The notes under the pieces are model-generated. The model was given only the letters and a program-made list of their open reading frames with translations, made no database searches and was not told the origin of the DNA. 64,000 bases of DNA, taken from IMG/VR virus record IMGVR_UViG_3300020195_000009, positions 1-64,000 of that record; one strand, written 5' to 3'. This document shows positions 26,158 through 33,706 of the stretch, one piece after another. Both the position numbers and the translations under genes were made by a program. The stretch's first letter is position 1, and every line of letters begins with the position of its first letter.

Positions 26158-27642
26158 TTACACCGAGAACATCCCCTCTACCGATTTCTCGATAGAGTGA
26201 GCCACGTTACGGTGATCTTCGAGACTCATACCCTTGTCACTACTCGTCCCAGCAAACTGGTCACGGTTGTAGATGCTCCTTGTCTTCCAGTCGACACCAG
26301 CCACGAAGGGGGCGAAGAACTGCCCATCTCTTCGTTTTAGGCAGTCGAAGAGTGTCGTCCCAGCAGTCCGGTGCTCATCATTCAGGTACGTCGTTGTAAC
26401 GACGTCAGCACTCCGCTCAGCCTCGTTGGCGTAGCTGAGGGCTCGGAGCTTGTAGCGACCTTCGGACTTGTCTGCATAATCCTTACCGTCACGGTTGATC
26501 TGGAAGAGCAGGAGAACAGCTACTTTCTCACCGTGGTTGAAGTGCAACGCAAGCTTCTTTGAGTCACGAATGACCGAGTTCAACTCGATCGTGTAGTCCT
26601 TGCCACGCTTCTTTCGACGGGGCTCTACGAGGCCACCGTGGTCGATGATGAGCAGGTGGATCTCGTTCTTCTGGTGAGCAAGCTCCGCTTGCATCTTGAT
26701 GTCGTCAGGGGTGACGTCATCATCGGGACTCCAAACGTCGAAGGACCCGTACTCAGGGTTGTTGACGAAGTCGTCGATCACAATCTTGTAGAACTGCTCT
26801 TCCGCCGCTGTCAGAGTGCCCGCACAAATCTTGTCGTACTCAAGAGGATCGTAACCCAGGGCCTTAAACCTTGGGTTCGCCGAGTGGAGGGCGTAGATCA
26901 TCTGCCGTAGTTGCTCGTACGGCATCTCCAGCGTTATGTAGTAGACGTTGGAGCGGTAGCGGGTAACCAGATTGTACGCCCAATTGAGGGCAAAGGTAGT
27001 TTTCAGCTCACCTGTGAATGCAGCATGCAACCAAAGTTCACCCTTCTTGACTCCTCGGATGATCTTGTCGATGTCGTTGAGCCCGCAGAACTTACCCCAG
27101 GCGAGCCCCTTGTTGGCCTTGGCCTCCTGGTACTGATCCCAAACGTCTTGCCCGTCTTCACGGAGGTTTCCTTGAAGGCGTGTGTTGTGCTGGTAGACCA
27201 GAAGCTTGTGGGCATTCTGGGAGAAGTGAAGGACGCCCTCACGAAGCCCCTGCTTCTTCTCCTTGTCAATGACAAGACCCTTGGCGATGATTTCTTGAGC
27301 TTCTTTTAGAAGCGTGATGGCCTTGATCTTGTTCTGCTCTTCGACCGTGGAAGAGAGCAGGTGGGAGTAATTTGTACGGATGTAAGGCTTCGCACCGTCG
27401 AAGTCCTTGATTCTTTCGGAAACCTCCTGGTCCCGACGGGTCTCGAAGTAGTCCGAGATGGTCTGCCGAGCTGGGATCTCCAACCGCTGCTGGAAGAAGT
27501 TGAGAATGAACTCGTAGATGCGTTGGTCGGCTGGCTGCGTCCACTCGACGTGGGCAGCAATGAGCTTTTGAAAATTGCCGATGAGGTTCTCTTGAGAGAC
27601 CCCACCATCCACATCGATGACCGAACGAAGAAGGCCTTTCAT
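26158..27642 (-). CDS. DnaB-like replicative helicase (SF4)
   Basis: GLNDIDKIIRGVKKGELWLHAAFTGELKTTFALN, YITLEMPYEQL, LLIIDH, LLFQINR, ERSADVV. Confidence 0.85.
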   Translation of the reverse strand: MKGLLRSVIDVDGGVSQENLIGNFQKLIAAHVEWTQPADQRIYEFILNFFQQRLEIPARQTISDYFETRRDQEVSERIKDFDGAKPYIRTNYSHLLSSTVEEQNKIKAITLLKEAQEIIAKGLVIDKEKKQGLREGVLHFSQNAHKLLVYQHNTRLQGNLREDGQDVWDQYQEAKANKGLAWGKFCGLNDIDKIIRGVKKGELWLHAAFTGELKTTFALNWAYNLVTRYRSNVYYITLEMPYEQLRQMIYALHSANPRFKALGYDPLEYDKICAGTLTAAEEQFYKIVIDDFVNNPEYGSFDVWSPDDDVTPDDIKMQAELAHQKNEIHLLIIDHGGLVEPRRKKRGKDYTIELNSVIRDSKKLALHFNHGEKVAVLLLFQINRDGKDYADKSEGRYKLRALSYANEAERSADVVTTTYLNDEHRTAGTTLFDCLKRRDGQFFAPFVAGVDWKTRSIYNRDQFAGTSSDKGMSLEDHRNVAHSIEKSVEGMFSV

Positions 27643-28571
27643 CCGAGTGGCCCCCCGCCTTGTTTCTTCTTCCCGTACTTGTTCTTGGGGTAACCCGGCC
27701 CTGAAAGGACGGAATCACGCTCTGAAGGCTGGTGCGCATCGGAATCCACATGGGATGGTCGATCCGAAATGGGCGCACGGGGAGCTTTGCGGACTACAGC
27801 GACGGGCTCTTCGTCGTCCTTGTCAATGGTCATCCCTGGCTCTTCCCGAGGTCTTGCACCCACTACCCCTCGGTACTCAACCTGACCGGAACGTTCTTTC
27901 ACGAGATCGATAACTTCAAACTTGCCTTGAATGTAATCCCCGACGTCACGGCTCCACGTGTAGTGACCTTCACCAAATGGGCTGTCAGGCTCTTCTACGA
28001 GCCAGGTGGGCAGATTCAACGACTGCCGGACCATCAACGCCTCTTTGAGGATGCCCCCCATGGCCTGGTTCTTCCAACCAAGAAACCCGAGGCGAATGAT
28101 GGCAAGATGGTACGTTGAACCTATGAGATCCTCAACCGTGTTGTAGGTGGCGACCTCATCCCGTTGCTTTCGGGTACGTGATGTCACGGACTCTCTACCA
28201 AACCAGACGTTCTTGAGTTTCTCGTCGGTGATAATTTGAAAGTTGAACCCCTCCACCTTCACCGTGCCCCACTTGGCGATGAACGTCCACTTGAAGTGGC
28301 AGAGTAGGTCTGTCCACCAACCCTTCAAAAGAAGGTTGATCCTGGTCTTGTCGACGACCGGGGGGCCCCCATGTTCGACGTGGGGTATATAGAGCGGGCT
28401 ATCATCACGGGCCGGCTTGGCTTGCGCAAGTTCAGGCCCAAGCTTGGCGATCACCCTCTTGTTGTAGAGGCACCAGCACTCCTGCATCTTGGCCTCACCG
28501 CCCTTATGGACGATGATGTTCCCAACCCCGTGGCACACGGGGCAGTCCTTGTTGGCTGCGACAGGTCCCAT
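27639..28571 (-). CDS. Possible DnaC/DnaI-like helicase-loader derivative with an N-terminal Zn motif and no intact P-loop
   Basis: CPVCHGVG...ECWC; LAIIRLGFLGWKNQAMGGILKEALMVRQSLNLPTWL resembles the loader core; adjacent to the helicase gene. Confidence 0.5.
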   Translation of the reverse strand: MGPVAANKDCPVCHGVGNIIVHKGGEAKMQECWCLYNKRVIAKLGPELAQAKPARDDSPLYIPHVEHGGPPVVDKTRINLLLKGWWTDLLCHFKWTFIAKWGTVKVEGFNFQIITDEKLKNVWFGRESVTSRTRKQRDEVATYNTVEDLIGSTYHLAIIRLGFLGWKNQAMGGILKEALMVRQSLNLPTWLVEEPDSPFGEGHYTWSRDVGDYIQGKFEVIDLVKERSGQVEYRGVVGARPREEPGMTIDKDDEEPVAVVRKAPRAPISDRPSHVDSDAHQPSERDSVLSGPGYPKNKYGKKKQGGGPLG

Positions 28572-28599
28572 CCCGAGGGGATCTACACCGGCTCCTAAG

Positions 28600-30318
28600 T
28601 CACGCAGTTTCCTTTTCCCGAAGGGCAGCGACAAGGTCTCGAAGTTCCCCTTCCCCACGCTCGAATTTGAGCGCCCCGACGGCTGCCTCCCCGATGACTT
28701 GGTCAATGAGGCCTTTCTTCTTCCGAAGCTTTTGAACGACCTTGTGATCGATCGTCTCTCTCTTCTTACCTTCCCTATTGGGGCGTTCGGCGATGAGATG
28801 TACCGCAAGGACCTTTTGGTGAGGGGAGCCGATGCGGATCATACGACCGAGAAGTTGGACGTACTGACCCCAGCTCCAGGGGGAGTCGAAGAAGACCATC
28901 CCGACGGCCGCCTGGAGGTTGATGGCCTCTGAACCGGCATCCGTGATGAAGATGACCTTCGTGTCACTGCTGAGGTCCTGGAAGAGGTCCTGGGCCTTCT
29001 TGCGGTCCGTGTCCTTCTCCTTGCCCGTGATGCGGACGCTCTTGATGCGCTCTACTGCAAGAAGCTTTTGAAGCCTTCCCACAAGCTTCTCGAACCGGGT
29101 GTAGACGATGACCTTCTCGTCCCCTAGCTCCTCGGAGAGAAGGTCGATGAGGGCCGATTCCTTGGCGCTCTTCCCCTCGAAGTGCTCACCTTCCTCGAAC
29201 TTGAGAAGGGCGAGGGAATCCACTACCTCTTGGGCGTAGATGAGGCTCGTCAGCTCTTTGGTGTCCCGGTAATCCTTCAGGTCACCGTCACCCATTTCCA
29301 GCATCCCAGCGAGGGCTTCCGCGTACTTCTTGTCCTCGGCTGAGGATAGCTCGCAGATGATCTCACGGGTCGTCAGGGAGGGTAGCTCGTCGCTCACCAC
29401 GTGTTTTGGTCTTCCGTAGAAGTAGGGATCGATAGTCGACCGAAACTGACCGAGATTCTTGTAGCCAACGATGATCGGGATCTTCACCCCACCCTTTACC
29501 CGCTGCAATTCCGTGACGCAGTAGGTGTTCATGAAGGAGGTTTTTGACGCGAAAGTCTCCGACCGTATGACCTTGTAGACCCCGAATCCTTCGATCAAGT
29601 TGTTCTTCAAGAGAGTTGCCGTAAGCCCCCAGCATCGAATCGAGCGTTCGGATAGGAATTTACACGTTTGATGGGTCTTTGTGCTGGGGTTCTTGAAGGC
29701 CGTGGCTTCATCGAAGATGGTGAGGATCTTCGGAACTCGAAGGGTCAGTTCATCGAGGTACCCCCGGCCCGCCGTGGGTTGGGTTCCGGGTTTTGCATCG
29801 GACCCTGGGGCTACCTTCTGGATGCCTTGATCCCAGTCTCGGACAAGCACGTGGTAATTTGTGACAAGGATTGCTCGGGGTTGGCCGGGATCCGAGGAAG
29901 CCTTTGCCCAAGCCAAGTAGGCAGCCTTCCTTTGGTCCAACGTTCCTGTGGCCACGTAGGTCTTGATACCCACCGTGAACTTCTCGACTTCGGACGCCCA
30001 CTGCCGGATGGCCGACTTCGGGCAAATGACGATGGCTTTGATCGCCGGATCTCTCTCCCAAAGGTAGCAAAGAGCGCCAATTGCCTGAATGGTCTTACCT
30101 AAGCCCGTGCCGTCACCGAGCACCATTCGGTTGATCATGAGCAGGTGGTAGATCCCCTGCGCTTGGTAGTACCGAAGACGGAAAGGCTGAGGTGTCCCGT
30201 CGAGCCCCATGAACTCGGTCCGAAACATCGACGTCGGCTTCAACTCCAACGTCTTGGACGCTCGAACCTGCTTGATCTGTTCGTAGACCGGGTTCGGATT
30301 TGAAACAGCAGCCGTCAT
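28600..30318 (-). CDS. SNF2-family helicase/ATPase
   Basis: LRYYQAQG, GDGTGLGKT, FDEAT, LTATLLKN, KVIVYT, AGSEAINLQAA, DSPW...GRMIRIG. Confidence 0.9.
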   Translation of the reverse strand: MTAAVSNPNPVYEQIKQVRASKTLELKPTSMFRTEFMGLDGTPQPFRLRYYQAQGIYHLLMINRMVLGDGTGLGKTIQAIGALCYLWERDPAIKAIVICPKSAIRQWASEVEKFTVGIKTYVATGTLDQRKAAYLAWAKASSDPGQPRAILVTNYHVLVRDWDQGIQKVAPGSDAKPGTQPTAGRGYLDELTLRVPKILTIFDEATAFKNPSTKTHQTCKFLSERSIRCWGLTATLLKNNLIEGFGVYKVIRSETFASKTSFMNTYCVTELQRVKGGVKIPIIVGYKNLGQFRSTIDPYFYGRPKHVVSDELPSLTTREIICELSSAEDKKYAEALAGMLEMGDGDLKDYRDTKELTSLIYAQEVVDSLALLKFEEGEHFEGKSAKESALIDLLSEELGDEKVIVYTRFEKLVGRLQKLLAVERIKSVRITGKEKDTDRKKAQDLFQDLSSDTKVIFITDAGSEAINLQAAVGMVFFDSPWSWGQYVQLLGRMIRIGSPHQKVLAVHLIAERPNREGKKRETIDHKVVQKLRKKKGLIDQVIGEAAVGALKFERGEGELRDLVAALREKETA

Positions 30319-30319
30319 G

Positions 30320-30907
30320 TCAGTCCTTGGTGGGCCAGAGGTCGACCGAGATCGGAGGCAAGCGTTCGCCCGCCTCGATGGCATGACGCCGCTCTTCGTC
30401 CATCTGGGCTTCCATCTCCCGCATCCGTTGGTGGTCCGCTTCCGTTGGCATGGGCTCCTCAAAGCGGCCATTTGAAGCTGACCTTGCCATCTTGACGTGA
30501 TCGATGAACTCTTTCGGGGGTCGAACGTTGTGGGCCTCGACGTAGTGTGCGAACCCCTGTGGCCAAACGAAGACGGAGTCCCCGAGGCACATCGAGCCGT
30601 TGTGAATCTTGCAGAGACGGCACCCCGAATAGCCCCTCCACTGCATGAGGGACTTCCCGCCTTTGAGGAAGGACGCGACCAGGCGTCTCTCTTCTTCACT
30701 CCACGTGTTGTCGATGAAGTCCTTGGGGTCCGGAAGCGAGGCATACTTCGCCACGTAGTCCTTTTGCCAGGCGGACATCGCCGGATTCGAGTCCGGCTCC
30801 CCCGCGTAGACCTTCCAGTACCCGATGCCCTTGAGCCCTTGAATTTCCGAGTAGAACCTCCCGGAGGACCCGTCGATGAGGAACGTCGGATGGGCAGTAA
30901 GGATCAT
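30320..30907 (-). CDS. Hypothetical protein with a Cys/His motif
   Basis: WRGYSGCRLC...NGS...FVWPQGFAHYVEAHNV; GGTGTA motif upstream. Confidence 0.65.
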   Translation of the reverse strand: MILTAHPTFLIDGSSGRFYSEIQGLKGIGYWKVYAGEPDSNPAMSAWQKDYVAKYASLPDPKDFIDNTWSEEERRLVASFLKGGKSLMQWRGYSGCRLCKIHNGSMCLGDSVFVWPQGFAHYVEAHNVRPPKEFIDHVKMARSASNGRFEEPMPTEADHQRMREMEAQMDEERRHAIEAGERLPPISVDLWPTKD

Positions 30908-30929
30908 GCCCTCGTTACACCGAGGTAGG

Positions 30930-31535
30930 TCACCAAAACGAGAAGTAGAGCCCCGCTTGCGGGTTGTGAAGGAGCGTCCACCATGAAAAGGCGTACCCGG
31001 CGTAAACGCCGAAGTTCTTGGTGACGTCCATCCCAAGCCCGGCCCCAACAGAACGGAACCCCGTGGCCACGTTCAAGTTGAACGAGCGGTAGTAGGCGAG
31101 GTCCCAAAGGATCCCGACATCAACGGCTTCACCTGCGGAAGACTGCTTGAAGGCGTCAACGAAAAGGAAACTGCCCGCAAACTTTGGCCTGAAACGGAAC
31201 CCCCAGACGGGAGGCTCTCGTTTGGCAACCGTGACTTCGAGCTTGCCTTGTCCAACCACCTCGTAGTTGCACCACTTCATCGTGACGGAGTACGGAACTG
31301 GCTGAGACCCCGAGTAGTAGACCCGACCCTCTACGTCGGTGATGATAACGATCGGATCAAGCTGAAACTTGGGCTTCTCCTCTTGAAGACACTTCTTTTC
31401 GCGAAGTGCTCCCACAAAAACATCTAGATCCTCTTTCGGAACACATCGACCTGAGAGGGAGCATTCCTCTGCTAAGGCTGACCTAGCGATGAGTAAACAC
31501 CCAAGTGTACAAATAGCGGTAGGGTAACAGCTCAT
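30930..31535 (-). CDS. Exported protein with a probable signal peptide and C-terminal amphipathic beta-strands
   Basis: LLIARSALA|EEC signal-peptidase-like site; C-terminus FGVYAGYAFSW...AGLYFSFW. Confidence 0.6.
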   Translation of the reverse strand: MSCYPTAICTLGCLLIARSALAEECSLSGRCVPKEDLDVFVGALREKKCLQEEKPKFQLDPIVIITDVEGRVYYSGSQPVPYSVTMKWCNYEVVGQGKLEVTVAKREPPVWGFRFRPKFAGSFLFVDAFKQSSAGEAVDVGILWDLAYYRSFNLNVATGFRSVGAGLGMDVTKNFGVYAGYAFSWWTLLHNPQAGLYFSFW

Positions 31536-32107
31536 ACCTCCGCCTCCTGATTGGCCTTACTTGCCTCTAAGGCCCGTCTTGCCTGTTGAGCGGCGGTCAT
31601 TCTCGCTACGGCCTCAGGAGACCTCTTACGGCCTCGATTTGAAGAGGCTCTTTTTTCAACCACCTCGGGGGTCGGCTTCTTCCCCCTCAACGCAGCGGAC
31701 ATCTTGGCCCGTGCTTCAGGCGTTTGACCTTGCTCAACCCACCAGGCCCGTGACGCTGCGATTTTTGCGATCACTTCAGGTGGACGCTTTTTACCACGAT
31801 TCCCGGCTGCTGTTTTCGCACATGCTTCAGGTGATCGTTTTTTACCCCTTTGGGATGCCGCCATTCTCGCTCTAGTTTCGAGGGAAGGTCTCTTACCAAG
31901 ACGGGCTGCCGACATTTTCTTGCGTGTGGATTCGGTCACGGTCTTACCCCCAAGCCCCCCGACTTCGAGGTTGTAACCAACCCCAGACCTATTCGACCCA
32001 AGGTGTTGAATCCACCAAGTCTCCCGTTTATAGGCTTCTTCTTCACTTGAAAGTGTTTCTATTACCTCAAAGCGGAAGTTATTGGCCCCGTACTTTCGGA
32101 TAGCCAA
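31532..32107 (-). pseudogene. GIY-YIG homing endonuclease lacking its N-terminal catalytic motif, with NUMOD3-like repeats
   Basis: LAIRKYGANNFRFEVIE...E..WI..L.S...GYNL..GG followed by RGKKRSPE-type repeats; no GIY/YIG segment upstream in frame. Confidence 0.75.
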
Positions 32108-32237
32108 CGAAACTCTGCTCTGCCTTCTTGAGGTCCCGAGCTGCGGAGGTGACGAACTGACGGGTGTTCCGAACCCGGTTCGATGCCGTGTCACCAAGGC
32201 GTTCGTCGCTAGCTGTTCGATCGTAGTCGTGGCTCAT
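32079..32237 (-). CDS. Small hypothetical ORF (52 aa) overlapping the endonuclease remnant out of frame
   Basis: MSHDYDRTAS...VRGQ; its last 10 codons overlap the GIY-YIG frame. Confidence 0.4.
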   Translation of the reverse strand: MSHDYDRTASDERLGDTASNRVRNTRQFVTSAARDLKKAEQSFVGYPKVRGQ

Positions 32238-32304
32238 TTTCAAAGCCCGTGGTCGACCCCAAGCCCCAACCGCTTGCACTCTTCGTAGGCGGCCTTCGCC
32301 ATGG

Positions 32305-32880
32305 TTACTTCCCGTACTTCAAAAGTAGGTCATCGACGGTCTTCGCCGGGATCCCCGACTTGTCTTTCACCGTCACGACCATGACATCAGGTCGCACGAC
32401 TACGACCTGATCGACGTCCTTGTTGGTCACCCCATCGGGCAGGATGATCTCCGTGGGTTTGTCTTTCCCAGGCTCCGTGAAGACCACCTTCTTGGGGTCC
32501 GAGAAGAAACCAGGCTCCTTGATGGGAACCACAACGGCCTGAGTCATCCCCTTGGAGTCCGGGTCCCCCGGTTGAATGAGCTTGCCATCAGGGCCGATAC
32601 GGTCAGGGTCGACCGTGTTCGCAAGATCGACCGTGCTGCCTTCACCCTTAGGGTCCTTCTTGCCGAGGAGCTTGCCCAGCAGACCGCCGATCTGAAGGTC
32701 TTTGAAACCCATCGAGACGAGCACCACGGCCACGATGATGACGACCCCCGCCAGGATAGGACCAAGCCCTTTGGCCCCTATCCAACCCATCGTCGCCTTG
32801 AAGCCAGCCCAAACCCGAGCCCCAAACGAAGGGGTCTCAGGTTCTACGGGCTTCTTTTCTACTTCGGACGTGTCACCCAT
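32305..32880 (-). CDS. Membrane protein with a single N-terminal TM helix
   Basis: GPILAGVVIIVAVVLVSMGF followed by a Pro/Val/Asp-rich soluble region. Confidence 0.7.
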   Translation of the reverse strand: MGDTSEVEKKPVEPETPSFGARVWAGFKATMGWIGAKGLGPILAGVVIIVAVVLVSMGFKDLQIGGLLGKLLGKKDPKGEGSTVDLANTVDPDRIGPDGKLIQPGDPDSKGMTQAVVVPIKEPGFFSDPKKVVFTEPGKDKPTEIILPDGVTNKDVDQVVVVRPDVMVVTVKDKSGIPAKTVDDLLLKYGK

Positions 32881-32883
32881 GAC

Positions 32884-33357
32884 TCACCCACGGCCAGTGG
32901 GGGGTTTCGGAGGATCTTCGCCTTGAGCTGCCCCGTCCGCAGGGGGGTCTGAGGGCATCTCAGCCGGAGGCTCTGACGCCCCAGGCAGAATAGCTGGGCC
33001 AGCAGGACCAAGGGGCTTACCACCCTTCTTGGCAGGTGCGCTCTGGAGCCAGGACCGGATACGGCTGTACAAGAGAGCCGAGAAGACTCCGCAGATGGCT
33101 CCGTACATGATTCGACCGGACATGGAGGTCCCGATGGCCGTTGGCCAGACGAACTGCTTGGCAAAGACGCCAAGAGCGCCGCCGTTCACGATTGGCCCGA
33201 TCGGCAACCACACTTCACGCCAGATGCGGTTTTCCTTGGCACCCTTCCAGAAACCCTCCACGACCTTGCGGATCATGTAGGTCATCAAATAGATGCCTAG
33301 ACACAAGATCACGGTCTGTGCATTTATGAAGGCCTCGAAAATCTTGTCTAAGTCCAT
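32884..33357 (-). CDS. Holin-like membrane protein (about 3 TM helices)
   Basis: TVILCLGIYLMTYMI, VWLPIGPIVNGGALGVFA, IMYGAICGVFSALLY; charged Pro-rich tail. Confidence 0.55.
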   Translation of the reverse strand: MDLDKIFEAFINAQTVILCLGIYLMTYMIRKVVEGFWKGAKENRIWREVWLPIGPIVNGGALGVFAKQFVWPTAIGTSMSGRIMYGAICGVFSALLYSRIRSWLQSAPAKKGGKPLGPAGPAILPGASEPPAEMPSDPPADGAAQGEDPPKPPTGRG

Positions 33358-33403
33358 TGCGGGGCTCCCTTCAATGGGCCGGCTCATAAAACAAACCGTA
33401 GAA

Positions 33404-33706
33404 CTACACGTCTGCTTCTTTGACGGTCAGGGTCTCGGTCAGTTCCACGGTGTGATTTTGAGGCTCCCGTGCGGGCGGGGGCGGCGGAGCCTCTGGTGGT
33501 GGAGCCGGTCTGGGGACGATCTCTTCCACATTTGCCGACTCCCACTTGGAAATCCAAGCAAGACGCTCCAAGAGGTCTTTCTTCTGACGCGCCGTAAGGT
33601 GCGGATTGGATAGGAGCATGTGGAGTTGCTGCCTAGCCTGAGCCGCCCCTTTGGCGCGAACTTCAGGCGGAACATCGTAGATGGTCAAGGTTCCACGGGC
33701 CATCAC
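33404..33706 (-). CDS. Hypothetical protein, probably virion-associated
   Basis: ATGA overlap with the upstream structural gene; C-terminal ELTETLTVKE motif. Confidence 0.6.
   Translation of the reverse strand: MMARGTLTIYDVPPEVRAKGAAQARQQLHMLLSNPHLTARQKKDLLERLAWISKWESANVEEIVPRPAPPPEAPPPPPAREPQNHTVELTETLTVKEADV

Noticed and set aside
21802-27642. Inteins or introns in polA and the DnaB-like helicase
   Set aside because: The conserved motifs run collinearly, with no splice-junction residues, LAGLIDADG blocks or frame breaks seen.
5830-29000. Long plus-strand ORFs such as 5830..6702, 7188..8504, 18905..20404 and 23896..24615
   Set aside because: They are antisense shadows of recognisable minus-strand genes, expected from biased codon usage in GC-rich DNA, and have no protein motifs.
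28600-31048. Long N-terminal extensions in the ORF track (e.g. SNF2 from 30744; also 28808, 31048, 10310, 9513, 12524)
   Set aside because: They overlap upstream genes and read as off-frame sequence. Downstream ATGs with start/stop overlaps, SD sites or the GGTGTA motif are better starts.
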